Below, piece by piece: positions 1 to 13,282 of a stretch of 64,000 nt of DNA (position 1 is its first letter; every line of letters begins with the position of its first letter). The notes beneath the pieces were generated by a model. That model did no database searches, was not told the origin of the DNA, and saw only the letters and a program-made list of their open reading frames with translations. The stretch lies in assembly GCA_051294905.1 (NCBI GenBank), contig CM119378.1, positions 20,212,001-20,276,000 of the forward strand, given 5' to 3'. The translations under genes and the position numbers were made by a program. This stretch comes from Botryllus schlosseri. Its lineage: Eukaryota.

Positions 1-1409
1 TTACAGCGATGGGGACTAACGCTCATGACTTATCAATATGACATTCGTTATAAACCGACTAATCAGCACGGAAACGCCGATGGTTTATCTCGCCTACCAA
101 AGGGTCGAGACCCTGAGTTTGACGAACTGGAAACTCGTGAAAACGCGGAGATCGTTGACGCTATTAATATGGCATTCGATGGCTTACCGTTAACTCGCGA
201 TGAAATTCGCGACGCGACGCTGAAAGACAAAACCACGAAACTAGTAAAATTATCCGTTACTTATGGTAACTGGAATCCAAAGACGCACGTTGATGATTTT
301 TCTTGGTTTTCGACCCGCAAACATTCGCTTTCTCTGCACGAAGGCATAGTCATGCTCAATATTGATGGTTTTCAGCGCGTAGTAATTCCGCAGTCATTTC
401 GCTCGCGAGTCTTATCATTGTTGCACGAAGGACATTGGGGCATCGCGAAAATGAAGCAGATGGCTCGACGTTACATCGCATGGCCTTCCATTAATCGCGA
501 CATTGAAAATCTCGTTAAGAGTGGCGACGCGTGCCGTAAAGTAATCAAAGCGCCTGATCGTCAGTATCGAGAATGGCCGAAAATTTCTGAAAGCTATGAA
601 CGAATTCACTTGGATTTCGCAGGTCCAATAAACAATAAACTGCTCCTTGTCATCGTCGATGCGCATTCGAAATATCCTTTCGTTAAAGTAATGAATGTCG
701 GTTCTACCACAACCTTGTGTGCGGTCAACGCTTTGAGAGAAGTCTTTTCTATCGAAGGCTTGCCCATAACAATTGTCACGGATGGCGGGCCGCAATTCAC
801 ATCGAATGAATTCGATACGATTTGTTCGAATTTGGCAATCAGCCATATCGTATCACCGTCTTTTCACCCTGCCCCGAACGGGGAAGCGGAGCGTTTCGTC
901 CAGACTCTAAAAGCTGGATTGATAAAAATTGCGACGGGGGAAAATATCTCAACCTCGCGCTCCAAACACTTTTCGCTACGTACCGATGTGCACCGCACCC
1001 GGGCACAGACTGGAACACGCCTGCTGAGATTTTACATGGTCGGCAGCCGCGCAATTTGTTAAGTTTGTGCTTGCCCTTCGATAAATCGAAACCCGTTACG
1101 CCTAGGCTATCAGTCACTCATTTCGAGATTGGTTCCTCGGTTTACGCTCGCAGTTATCGACGCAGACCAAAGTGGGTTGCTGGCGTCGTGACGGAAATAA
1201 TGGGACGCGTGGTGTACATTGTCAAAACATATCATGGGTATTGGAGGAGGCACAAAAACCAACTCCAACCACGCTTGATTACCACTGATAATAATACAGC
1301 CACACTAGAAGTTGCTCAGCCTCAACGGTCACAAGCTGAGCAACTATTGGTCAGGAATAGGGCACAACGTCTTGCAACTAGTCCTGCTCGAGCGTCGCGC
1401 AGACGTTAA
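1..1409 (+). pseudogene. pol: Ty3/Gypsy LTR-retrotransposon pol 3' part (end of RNase H, integrase), frameshifted
   Basis: YDIRYKPTNQHGNADGLSRLP (RNase H end); HEGHWG...KSGDAC (integrase H2C2 finger, first Cys replaced by Gly); IHLDFAGP, TDGGPQF, HPAPNGEAERFVQTLK (rve core). Frameshift at about 940 continues into ORF 822..1409 (LALQTLFATYRCAPH...TPAEILHGR); stop at 1407-1409. 5' part lies outside the window. Confidence 0.93.
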
Positions 1410-1487
1410 CCGCTTACAATTAGAAAGCAAACTGAGTTCTATCGGCCAACGTGAATTACCTTGTACTCTTGACTTACAGGGGAGGGC

Positions 1488-1739
1488 TGTTATGTTCTTG
1501 CATTTTACGTTGGTATCGTTTGTTTCTTATTTGTCTAGGATTAGTATTACCGCCAATCATTATTTCCTCGTGTGTCGTGCTTCGTATTTATACCCTGTGT
1601 TCTGTTGTCTACTGGTCTTTCGTTTAACTGAACTCTGGCTCGTGTCGCTGCCTTAAAGTTATTCTGCTGATAATATACTGATTTGGTATTGCAGCCTCGT
1701 CGTATGAGTTATTGTTCAAACAAGACCAAGAACATAACA
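1488..1739 (+). mobile_element. 3' LTR of the Gypsy element (252 bp) with upstream polypurine tract
   Basis: PPT AGGGGAGGG at 1478-1486. LTR starts TGTTATGTTCTTG and ends CAAGAACATAACA, a perfect 13-bp inverted repeat with TG...CA ends. Confidence 0.9.
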
Positions 1740-2111
1740 GAAAACTGACGCCTTAACGGTCTAAGCCAAACAGGACAATGTATTCGGCGTCTGAGTGTTG
1801 CTGAGTGTAAAATGGGTTTCTATATACTTGCTACCGATATTACCTTATTAACAAGTAATACAACAGTAGCCAACACCCCAATCGCACGGACTTGGTTTTC
1901 ATGATCTGATAAACATATGAAATCAACATTTACGTAGAGAGTCACTAAATATTCACAAACGGAACGCGTAGAGAGTCACTAAATATTCATAAACGGAACG
2001 CTTAATATTTCGAGTCAAAGTAAATTTTTGAGATTGTCAAGGTACATGGATGTTTAGTGTTGATTTTTCTTTATGTTACCAGCGCTATGCATGGAGTGGC
2101 CCGCATCAAGG

Positions 2112-2345
2112 GGGAGGCGAGTAGCGTAGTTGGTTAAACACTGCAGTCACGGCACCAATGGTTGCTGGTTCCAGTCTCGACTCTGCCATGTTTCTATGTG
2201 TCGGAGGTTTATCTAGGCTTCTCATCGCCGATCCCGCTGTAAATACCACGCATTGAAAAGCTCAGAGGAAGAGAGAGCTAAACTCTTGAAAGATGGCAGC
2301 AAATGAACCGGATAAAGACTAAAGTCAAGTGGACCGAAAGACATT
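2112..2345 (+). mobile_element. tRNA-derived SINE
   Basis: Head GGGGAGGCGAGTAGCGTAGTTGG (A box) and GGTTCCAGTC (B-box-like). The same head occurs split at 24658-24678/25612-25680. 3' end approximate. Confidence 0.65.
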
Positions 2346-2401
2346 ATATGAAATTACATGTGTGGGCACATATGACCAAGTTGTTGAAAGCGCCAATTAT
2401 A

Positions 2402-2760
2402 TGTGCTGCGGGAGTATATGGTAATTGACAACCTCCAAACCTACATGAACCTACCAACCGGCAGCAGATCTCATTCGATCTGGCTTTCATTCGATCAAAA
2501 GCAACCGCTACCAAGCTGTAGCAACTTATACCGCTGATAAAGCTGTAATACAGCTGTGATGCACCTGATTGCGGGAGAGTATGATAAATTGTGTATTTCA
2601 CACCATATTAGGATACGAATATGACTTCCTATTGCAATGATCACGAGTCTATATAAGCGTATGTTTAGCTGACTCGAGACGAGATTCATGTAAACCTACT
2701 TGCAACGTTTGAATAAACTGTGTATGAACAATATATATCGTACGAAGAACTACCACGACA
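2402..2760 (+). mobile_element. Possible solo LTR
   Basis: TG...CA ends, internal TATATAAG followed by AATAAA; no convincing TSD found. Confidence 0.3.
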
Positions 2761-2996
2761 GTGAACAAGGACAGTCTCTTAAGTTAAGCAGGCCTACCAG
2801 ACGGCTTACAGCCTAATATTGGACAGCTACTTTCTGAGTTATACTTCACAGAGACAATTCCTTAAATTGTTGCAGTGCCAATAAAACAAACATATGAAAT
2901 CAAGATTGCCCCGTACGCCTGATAGGTTTTGTTACATCAGACAACGATATCAATTTCATTGATTGTTTGAATAAGCATCATTCGCTGACTATCTAT

Positions 2997-3393
2997 TAGT
3001 GCGGAGCGGATCGACAAATTCTCTGGTCCGACTCCGATCCGGTTTTTCAATTCTCTGGTCCGGCTCCGATCCGGCTTCGGCCGCATCAGGAAAAAGTACT
3101 GATCCGGCTCCGATCTGGCTCCGGCCAAAAATGAAAAAGTCCGGTCGAAATCCGGCCCAACACGGTACTGTGGTTCCGAGAATTTATAAATATGGCTCGT
3201 TTATTTTCGCACTGGCTTGGTGGTTACTTGCGTGTGGTTGGTTGGTAGTTATTTAGTTACAAACGTCATGCTTATCCATAAAGATTCGGTCCTTATCAAA
3301 AAAGTACTGATCCGGCTCCGATCTGGTGCGGCCAAAATCTAAAGAATCCGACCGGATATCCAATCCGGCTCCGCTTCATGCTCCGCACAACTA
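2997..3393. mobile_element. MITE with CCGGAT/CTCCGAT subterminal repeats
   Basis: Imperfect TIR TAGT(TGT)GCGGAGC / GCTCCGCACAACTA and many ATCCGG repeats; TSD not matched. Confidence 0.55.
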
Positions 3394-5459
3394 CCCATAC
3401 ATGTAGTTTCTTTTGCTCGTGGTGTTGATTTTGTTTATCCTGTCAGCCCCACGCATCGAGTGGTGCGAAGTTGACGTTCTAATGACGTGAAAAATGCCAA
3501 TATATGAAAAAGGTTCACAGTGCAGAAACTACCAAGGTTCGTTTGTGGACGTGAACCTCTGAATTTCTGAGGTTAACACACAGAACGCGAAGGTGGACCT
3601 CACGTTCACACCATCCTTATTCACTGGTCCTACTCCGATCTGTTTTTTTTAAAGCTCTGGTCCGACTCAAGAGCCGGAGTCTAGAAATGACCATGATTCG
3701 GTCCGAAAAACTCCGATAATAATTATTTACTCACAGCATGGTATTGAATATTGATTGAAACAATGCAAACAGGAAATTAAAAACTCAAAGTTCAAACCCA
3801 ATACTTATCTGTCCAAGGTAATCATTAGCATCGATTGTCAATTCTCCATCAACTTATTTGCTAATTCCATGTATTTTTCATGCAAGTCGGGGTTTTCTAA
3901 TTAGGACTCACCCAGACCTGTATCTGCGGGCGATTTGAATCCATTCTAAAAGACAATATTTTATAAACTGGAAGCGTTTCAAATGTGTTTTGAATCAATA
4001 CCAATTAGTCAAATTTAAAGAAAAGTCCATGCGTCTCGTGGTTATTTTCTTTAAATCTCAGGATACTGCTTCAAGACGGCATGCAACAAGAGCAAGATTA
4101 TATCACAAGAATTATTCGAGGTTAGAAGTACAGACTTCAAAGTGTACGCTGCGTAAGCTGAGAGACTTGTTATCAAACCGACAGCTATTCCATGTTTGCT
4201 TAACGACGCCTAATGTCAACTTTAGTAGTCGTATCTGTAAGGCAAGTCAACGCAGAGATGGTCAAAATTACCCGTGTTGCTAATGACACAATGGCTTGTA
4301 AGCAAGAGGTTCAACTATACCACTGTTCAGCACGACTGTGCCCGAACTACATGTAAATTAGTAAATAGATCGCATTGTTAATTCTCTTGTTTAAATTTCA
4401 GATAGCTTCCCACTTCACGAACGCCCATGCGAGACCACCGAAAATCACACTTTTACTTGGTCACCTTCTTCAGGCTATTGATTCTGCTAAAGTCCCTGAG
4501 AGTGAGTTTTGTAATGCCTTGGGCCAAGCTCGCATAGTTGAGGGGTTTGGGGTGTGTTATTTGACTTGTATTAGGGGGAGGGGGTTATCGATATGCTGTT
4601 TGGCTTTTGGGGGGAAAACTATAAGTAATACCAATATAGTTCAAATGAATTCCAATGAACGCGTATGCAGCCACATCTATGCATACATAATCGACATTAC
4701 AAATCATGGCTACTTAGTTACATTTACTCCATCATAAACAAGATCTCGAACCCGGCAACTGGAAGGTGCGTAGTGGGCATACAGTTGTTCATATACATTT
4801 TGTCGCGAGCATTACTTGGTAGCCTCGTGTAGTCCGGATTATTCCTCTACGTGGTAGAATTGTTCGTAATAATTTCTGCGAATTCCAAGTTTGGAATTAA
4901 TCCACGATTTCCTACACGTTATGACCGATTCCGATGACATACCTTATTGAAAATGTTTTAATATAGATATCTATCCCAAAATATTGTCAACAATTAAAGA
5001 ATTTTGTTTTACAATATCGTCATTCAACGTCGCGGGTCGAGTGGTGAGTAGCGCAAGGTATGATATGCCGCTGCTAATGCGATGCGACGCTAATTCTCGT
5101 TCCGAAGATCTATTATGTTAGACGTAGAGGCTGATAGCGCAGTGTTATGTCCAAATGCTGCTGCTGCGAAGTCAACTTCTGAATTCCTATGTGTGGAAGG
5201 TGTATTGTCCGGGCTCTATTCATCGCCGACGCGTCCCCGTTATGTTGCACCATAGCATTGTCACAGGTATCAAAGGAAGAAATATAACTCCAAATCTAAA
5301 CAAGGTAGCTAAATTTAAACAAGAGATTTCACGATGTTGTTTGGATGTCCCGTCATTGAGCCGAATTGAATGTTTATGTCAAAGCTGGTATGGTAAGGTG
5401 TTTTTCCTGAGGCCGGCCGTTAGAGAATCTAGGACGAAGTTAGCCGATATACATTAGAC

Positions 5460-6164
5460 CAGGGACGGGAACATACGGCCCGCAGAGAGTTTCCGGTCGT
5501 GCATGATAATGTGGACCGCGGCAACAGTCTGCCGCAATCTCCTACTACTTGCTTATTACGTCAAATGATAGTGACTATGTAGAGGTTAATCTTTCGAATG
5601 CATGTATGAGTGGTGTGCGAGAGTGGAGCTGACGCGTAAGTTCGTCAACACGAAAATGCTTGCTTTGCTGGCATTTACAGAATGTGTTCAATCTCAATGA
5701 CTTGATATCCTGGTAAATTTTAAAAATATCCCAACCCCTCGTTCGTATACATTACGATATACCAGTGGTGCCCAACATACGCGGATCGAGGTCACAGTCT
5801 GCCGCAATTCTCCATTACTTGCTCACTACGTCAAATTATAGTGACAGTAGGTTATTCATTATTTTTTTCGGACAAAAATAATAGTGATTTTTAATTGAGG
5901 CCAGTGTTCAAATAACCTGTTCGCAACTTTGATCGACGACAGATGTCTGATTGACTACAACAGCTATTGAAATACAATACGTTAATATACTCATTGAATC
6001 CTGTTTTGGTTTATATGCTTCAAACATAAAGTTTTCATGAAATAATAGTAATCCTTGTATAGGTGGATAAATGCACGCTTAATGTATAGCTTCAGAGATC
6101 CGGCCCGCCAAATACCTCATTTCCCCATATCCGGCCCGCCGACTGGAGAAGTTGCCCGCCCCTG
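5460..6164 (+). mobile_element. Non-autonomous hAT (Buster/Charlie-like), 705 bp
   Basis: Ends CAGGGACGGGAAC / GTTGCCCGCCCCTG; 8-bp TSD CATTAGAC at 5452-5459 and 6165-6172. Confidence 0.88.
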
Positions 6165-6283
6165 CATTAGACTCTTGAGGAGCGACGGGAGATGGTATCA
6201 TACTGTCGGGCGTTATCAAATATCAATGGAATTACGTCACATCATATTGTCGGCGGTGTTACGCGATTGCCCATTGCCCAGAG

Positions 6284-6642
6284 CAGTGGTTCCCAACGTG
6301 GGCGATTTGGCGGTCTAGGGGGGCGAAAATGACGAAGGGGGCGATAGGGGGCGAAAATGGGCAAAGGGGGTGATGGGGGGCGAAAATAGCGAATGGGGCG
6401 ATAGGGGCGCGACGACGCGCCAAAACAGCTGACCTGTTTTTTTTTTTAGTCAACCCACGGAAATTTAGTTGAAAAAGTGTCAAAATTAGGCTTCGAGCCA
6501 AAAAGTTGACCTTTTTTTTTAGTCAACCCGCCGGTGATTATAGTTTGTATGCCCAATTTTCGGTACACAAAATTTGGGGGGGCGATGATCGGTGTTGAGC
6601 TTGAAAAGGGGGCGATGGGTCGAAAAAGGTTGGGAACCACTG
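6284..6642. mobile_element. hAT MITE, 359 bp
   Basis: Perfect 14-bp TIR CAGTGGTTCCCAAC; TSD GCCCAGAG at 6276-6283 and 6643-6650. Confidence 0.93.
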
Positions 6643-7835
6643 GCCCAGAGCTTCATCACACGTATCTTGTGCTAGCTACAAACTGGACGATTGAGGGGGG
6701 GTCACTGCGAGCACAAGGTGGCGTTATGTACTATAGAAATCATCGTGGGAAATCCATTAAATATTATCAATATATGTGCACTAAGAAGAGATATATGAGT
6801 ATGTTATCACGTCGTTTGCAGTTGTACAAGACGCATTCAATCTGAAATTGTCATTAACGCACTCCCTATATGTTTAATGGCATGCCATCGAAGAGCTTCT
6901 TAGAAGTACAGAACTTCAATATACAATTGAATAGTATATTCATATTAAAATGAACCCGAATATTTTCCGCATGCAATTGCAATATTGAGTTTTCTTACCA
7001 ACTATTCACAATGTGTGCTTATATTAAAATTTGTATACATTACAACATCTGCTCATGATCAAGAGCGCAGTTGATAAACCTTGGCCAGGCTCAAATTGCT
7101 ACTCCACACTGGTAAAAAACCCTGAAGACTAAGCTAATTCATGCCCTGTTACACGGAGAGACCAATATAGCAGTCTGTGTTGCTACTCAAGTATATGCTA
7201 GTAGATGTAAATATCTACTCAATTACAAGTATATAGAAGTAGCAATGTCAAATACATTTCAACACTACTTTAAGTATAAAGATATATCTGAACAGTACTG
7301 AAATTAATAATTTCAAAGGAAGTGGATTTGGTTAATCGGTTACATCTTTTTAGCAGATAGTCTGAGGTTGCCACGTTCGGAATTGCTGGTGCATCTACAC
7401 GACTAACACAAAATGATCAATGACACAAGAAATTACGTGCAATTTTCGGAAAATATATATCCAGTTACCGTGATACCGGGGCTCTTTCGCCGACTTGTCA
7501 TGAAAATTTCACTCATCATAGTCATATAAGCATATTCCAAATCTAATTTACTTTTAACAGAGCACTCGAGTTTCGAGTAGGTCTGTCGTACTCGAAATAA
7601 AAACGTAAGTGTTTATGTTCTTACATTACTTCCATTTATACTTCTACTCAGTTTTTCCGGTAAAACTACTTTTTACATTTTGAAATCCAAACTATAAAAG
7701 TATGTACTTATGCCCAAGAAATGTTTCGTACAAGTAGAAGTAAACATAACCACTTGTGTAAGTAGCGCAAGTAGGAAAAAACTTACTTGATTACTCCGAA
7801 ATACTAGAAGTACTTCTTTACTGAAAACTCACTGA

Positions 7836-8415
7836 CACGTTGGGCAACTTCTCCGGTTGGCGGGCCGTTCATGCGGGAATGTAGTGCTTGGCGGGCAGAT
7901 GCCGGAATCGATACATTAAATGCGTATTTATCCACCTAATCACTAAATCACTAAATCAAAGAGTAACTAAAAATCACTGTTATTTTTTTCCGAAATAAGA
8001 ATGAATAAGCTACAGTCACTATAATTTGACATAGCGAGCAAGTAGTGGAGAAATGCGGAAGACTGTGACCGGGGGCCGTATGTTGCGCGCCCCTGATATA
8101 ATGTATTGTATACGAACTAGGGGTTGGGATTCTTTTAAATTTACCATTATATCAATTCATTAGGTTTCAGTACATGCGTCAATGCCGGCAATGCAAGTCT
8201 TCTCATGTTGACGAACTTACGCATAAGCTCCACTCTCGCACGCTACTGACACACGCACGCATAAGGACAACAGACAGTCAGCCTAGTTTGACGTAATAAG
8301 CAAGTAGCAGGAGATTGCAGCAGACTGTGATCGTAGGCCACATTATCATGTAAGACAGGAAACTATCTGCGCGTCGCTCAAAATCACGTCGCGGGCCCTA
8401 AGTTGCCCGCCCCTG
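7836..8415 (-). mobile_element. Inverted, more decayed copy of the 5460-6164 hAT family
   Basis: Reverse complement matches both ends and internal blocks of 5460-6164; TSD not preserved. Another partial copy starts near 11918. Confidence 0.75.
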
Positions 8416-10287
8416 GTATACACTAACGTGAGACTAAAATTCGCTAAGTAATTCGAGTACGACTAGCACGGTAAAATATGTTTAATTCAACTAACTAAAT
8501 AAGGCCAGTCTATATTGCTAGTCAAGTCTCCTATATTCCTACTAGAGAACATGTTTACCTTGCTACGCGAGTCAACTTTATCGTATGACTTGACTTGACT
8601 CGAATTACTTTGCAAAAATGACCTGACTTGAATTTACGACTCAATTTCAAGTTATCAAGTAAACGGTGTTGATTAAATCACTGCATCCTGTGTACGTTCG
8701 GAATGTTCGTGATACTCCGGCGTTCAACTGATCCTCCATTGTTGCAATGCAAATAAATTGACCGCTAGCGAAATGATCACAGCTTACGAAAGCGAAAATA
8801 ACGTGTATTCACACCCAAAGGGCCGAAAAGGGTGTTGCAACAAAACAGAACCTAACTCAGAATTATATCGCGGTCATAAATCCTATACGTTCCTACGTGC
8901 ATGCATGATTTGGATTAAAATGACGTACTCAAATTAGACCGGAGTAAAGGTCTGAGGTAGGTTCAGGTTTCGTGTGTCAGGGGTGTAGATAGACTAGAGT
9001 ATTGGTAGTGTACTGTACCACATGAATTTGTTTCAACTTCTCGAGGCTTCGTATTCGATCCTCTATTTTGGCTGATAATAACAGACTGTCGCATGTACCT
9101 ATCAGAGGGGATCAAAGTAGTCAAGAAAGCTACCCATTTAAAAGAGGAAGTTTAGCGACGCAATAATCTATCCAAGTACGAGTAGAAGTAATACTTATAA
9201 AAGCAACCTACACCCACTGGAAGTAGAAGTAGAATTAACTGAGTTTAAATCTACTCAAGAAAGTAAGTAAGAAAGTAATTGTGAAAACGGTCTTAATTCG
9301 CTCGCGTGGACTGTCAAAACCTGCAAATTAAGCTATGCGGAAGGTGTGCAGAGCTTGATTCATATGGATGCATCCTAGGAGGTATCAGGTTTCGACAGAT
9401 TAGGCATTCGTCTGCATCATAGAATGCAAATTATAGTGATGTTGTGGAAATGTCATAATAATCTTTTGTTTACTCGAACACCGTTTTAGAAAATATCATG
9501 GCATGGCGCCCTCCCCCCATATTAAAGGCCCATCGTTTAGTCGAAAAGTAATACGGAGAGGTTGTATCAGATGCAGTATTAACACTTTGCGCGATTACTA
9601 TGCGGTAATGAAAAATACGGCGGATCGTAAAAATGCCATATTGCGTAAGAATTAAAACACTGATGTGACGTCCTAATACCGGCAATGCACTCATTACTCT
9701 CAAGACATACATTCAGATTTAATATACGAATATGCAAGTTTGACTTGAGCAAGAACTATATGAGAGTATGGCCTTGTCTATTGAAATCCGATTTCTGCCA
9801 AATTCGCAATTAGTTGAGATTTGATATTGGTGCATACGTTGCCAGTCTGCCCAGCGGCGACCAAGTTAATTGGAATATAGAATATTCCTGTTTAAACGAA
9901 TAGAAAAAAATCTGATATTTGCTGCTGAGAAGTTGATGTAGGCTAATTCAACGCCCTACACTGCACAGTTTCAGCATTTTACGATCAATGTCTGCAAAGC
10001 CCTGTTGAGAAACTATTATGAACAGCAATGCATTGCATTTCGCAGGCATATACACAATAACACAGTGTTAAATTTAAATATCCAATTCAAAAGAAAAACA
10101 GGTACAGTACATCTATCACGAATTAATTTGAACACGGGAATGCGACGCTAATGGGTGCAAATGCAATATAATTTAGAGAAGAGGATCGTGAAGTTTCTCG
10201 TCCGATGGAGAGAGGAGATGGTGTTTCTCAGAGCACTCGGGTTGAAATCAACGGTTCTACCGCGATGGCGTCGCTTCGTCTTATTAG

Positions 10288-10804
10288 TAGGGCTGGGCAA
10301 AATCGAGTACATGAGTGAATCGATTCTGAATCACCTAATATGCTTCGAGTCGAGTCGAGTAATCGAGTATCATTCATTATGACGTCATAACAAAATGCAT
10401 TACGTCAAAGTTCAAATATGTACCATTTATGCCACCACAAAGAATATAATGCCTGTTATCCATCTCATAAAAAATCCTTTCGTATTTTTTGGACCATACC
10501 GATTTCATTCCACTTGGTTACAATGTTGTGGGATAATCATTACTTCGGAAATGTGCTACGTCCAGTAACCTTCGTAGCTTTGTACCATAGATTTCGTATG
10601 CTATGATACCGCCAATCAAGGTTTCAAGGCTTCAACAGTGGAAATTAGTATCGAAACTACAATTCTCGTTGATTAATTAACTTTCAGTGGTGAGAAGCGT
10701 ATAATTTTACTACTCAAAAAAATCTTATTTTGCTACTCGACTCGAATCATTGAAAATAATACTCGATTCAGATTCGAGTACTCGAATCATTGTGCCCAGC
10801 CCTA
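10288..10804. mobile_element. hAT MITE (TAGGG ends), 517 bp
   Basis: TIR TAGGGCTGGGCA / TGCCCAGCCCTA; TSD CTTATTAG at 10280-10287 and 10805-10812; CGAGT/ACTCG subterminal repeats. Confidence 0.92.
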
Positions 10805-11159
10805 CTTATTAGGAATCACTGATTACAAATTAGTGATGTACATTGTACATGTAAAATAGTCGTCAGTTTGGTCAGACGAGATTCAATGCCTTTTGCGGAA
10901 GACATAGTGATATGTCGAACCAGAAGTGGATTACTTTTGCGCGGCAGAGATTTTCTGTATGCGCAGACCGTATCAGCAGTGCCCTCGCGCACACTCGCGC
11001 AGCTTATAGGGAATATTGACTCTAACTATACGTTTCTAATTCCTATCGTATATTGGTAGAATGTAGTTATATCATGACCCTAAACCAGCATTGGATACAC
11101 GGTGATTTCTTCACTGATTGATTGTTCGAATATTTGAATGAAAGTGTAGCCGACTCGAT

Positions 11160-11181
11160 ATGTCAGAAGAGCAAAACGAAG
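11160..11181 (+). CDS. Candidate first coding exon of the NLR gene (MSEEQNE+G)
   Basis: ATG at 11160 with in-frame TGA upstream at 11139; strong phase-1 donor G|GTAAGG at 11181/11182, compatible with exon 18157-18240. Linkage over 7 kb is inferred. Confidence 0.5.
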
Positions 11182-12432
11182 GTAAGGGAAATTATGAATG
11201 TGTCACACTGACAGGCGCACACCGCTCATACGTGTATGGACATTGGACATCAACAATGAACATTGAACAGTCAACACGTACGTATTCAACTATTCATTCA
11301 GACATGTTTCAGTTGTATGAAAAATAATATGAAAATCGCGAGACCTCTGCTCATTATCTAACCTAACATGTTATTAGAATGTCGTCACCAACATAATCGA
11401 TAGCTGAATTTCGCAAGTAGTGTAAGTACACGCTGGTGAGAGGTAAATATAATAAATAAACAAAGAAACCGGAAATGCAAAAAAGGTGCTTTGTTTGCAA
11501 AAATCGGCATGTATCGTTTCGTGAAATATAATAAATAAACCAAACACCGGAAATTCAGAAAAGCGTGCTGTGTTGGTTCGTGGTATGCAAGATGTGTATT
11601 TCGTATTGACTATGTGTAACCGTTGTTTCGGTCACAATAAATCTCAAGTGGCGTGGATATCCGTGCATATGGCTGATTCTCCACGCGCGGATTTGGAAAA
11701 TAGGTGTTGGAAGCGCGCAGTGACCTAAATATTATGTGCAACAAAGGCCTCTGACATCCTGCCGAATCCAATAAATACCTGTGGTAAATGCGATACCGGG
11801 AATTAACGTTTCGCAAGCTGTATGTAGGAATAATCATGCATGCGTTAACATGCACGGCGCTTGCGTAAAGTACACATGATAAATTTACAATCGCTCAACA
11901 CCTAACTGACTCTATAACAGAGGCGGGCAACATACGGCCCGCGGGCCGCATCCGGCCCGCGAAGGGATTTTGTCCGGCCCGCGGACTGTTTCCGTCTTAC
12001 ATGATAATGTGGCCCGCGGCCTCAGTCTGCCGAGATTCCCCACAACTTGCTTACTAGATCCAATTTTAGTGACTGTATGCTATTATGTACGTGTATGCGC
12101 AATTGCGCAGTGCGTCGAAGGTCGAAGCGAGAAGACTTGCATTATCGGCATTTATGATGTACTCAACCCTGATGTCGTTTGTGGTAATCATGGTGTTTGT
12201 CGACTACATTGGTCATTTAAACCAGGCTGATATTTCTTATTTTTGATTCCGCAACTGTCGATATGTAGCACTGCACAGCACACTCCTAGGCTTTTGTAAC
12301 ACACCGCTTATGCCAGTGTTTGCCAACTCGTCAAACGGGTCGCGGGCCACTCTTCAAATTTCATAGAGGACGCCGGCCGCATGAATTCAATATCGAGAGT
12401 AATTAGGCCACACAGTTGAACAACGACGCTAT

Positions 12433-13113
12433 GTATGTATATTGAGGGTTATGGCGCTTAACTGCTACGGCCTTGTGCACGAGGCCAAAGTGTTGTAGGC
12501 ATGTGCGCTGGATTATCCTACTACATTATAGTTGCCTCTCGGTGAGGAAAACGTCATCATATCACAGGCAAAATTGTGTAGGGGTTGCCGAGAAGTGATA
12601 CAACGTCTATTGGCACATGGTTTCGTAGTGCTATCTCCTTAAAATAGTATCGCTCCGAGCTATATCGAGAACATTGCAACAAGAGATGCTCAACCGTCTC
12701 TATGACGCCACATGTTGCACAAAGGCCATCTTTTTGACAACCCATTCCATGTAGGTGCGCGCCCGTTCAGCTTGCAATGCAGTCTGAAGCTGTGACAATA
12801 TTGCTGTTTCCCTTTTTGATAGTCCCAGTGGCTGCGAGATATCATGTGCTGCGTAAATTCGCTTGTAGAGATTTTCGAAATCATTCGTTTCAAATTCGTT
12901 TTTACATCTTGTGTGAGTCAGTTCTTTGATAATTATTTTGGCTTCTTGTAGGGAGAGGGGGATGTCACCGGGATAATCGTTGTGTTGGAAACGTAGCAGC
13001 TTCTTTGGCGAGTTTATCTGCGATACCGTTGAATCCAACCCCGCGGTGACTTTTCAAATGTAGAGGCTTTGCAGGCCCCCTAAAATGCTTTGCGCCGTGG
13101 ATCCCCGGTTGAG
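12433..13113 (-). mobile_element. 5'-truncated non-LTR retrotransposon (I/Ingi/R1-like ORF2 C-terminus), frameshifted
   Basis: LSKRETAILSQLQT / HCKLN / CATCGVIETVEHLLLQCSRYSSER (C-terminal CCHC finger) across three frames; short ATAC tail; 15-bp direct repeat GAACAACGACGCTAT at 12418-12432 and 13114-13128. Confidence 0.85.
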
Positions 13114-13282
13114 GAACAACGACGCTATCTCGTCACCTACTCAACCCTAATGAATTGATATCTTTGTAAATTTGGGGTACTGGACTTATCGAACGCCTTG
13201 AAATCTTAATTAAGGATTGAACCGTGTGTTGATTGATCAGAGAGGACCAGACATGGTGGCGCCTGTATGACGATGCTCAGTG

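Larger units (their letters stand above)
1746..3620 (+). mobile_element. Older fragmented copy or copies of the hAT family seen intact at 61860-62848, interrupted by younger inserts
   Basis: 1746-2105 aligns by eye to 62208-62675, 2880-2990 to 62385-62495, and 3500-3620 to the right end 62740-62848. Boundaries approximate. Confidence 0.7.

Noticed and set aside
415-846. 143-aa minus-strand ORF
   Set aside because: Antisense shadow of the Gypsy integrase.
2112-2190. tRNA genes (also about 20312 and 25612)
   Set aside because: A/B boxes are degenerate, no clean cloverleaf, and repeat bodies follow; interpreted as SINE heads.
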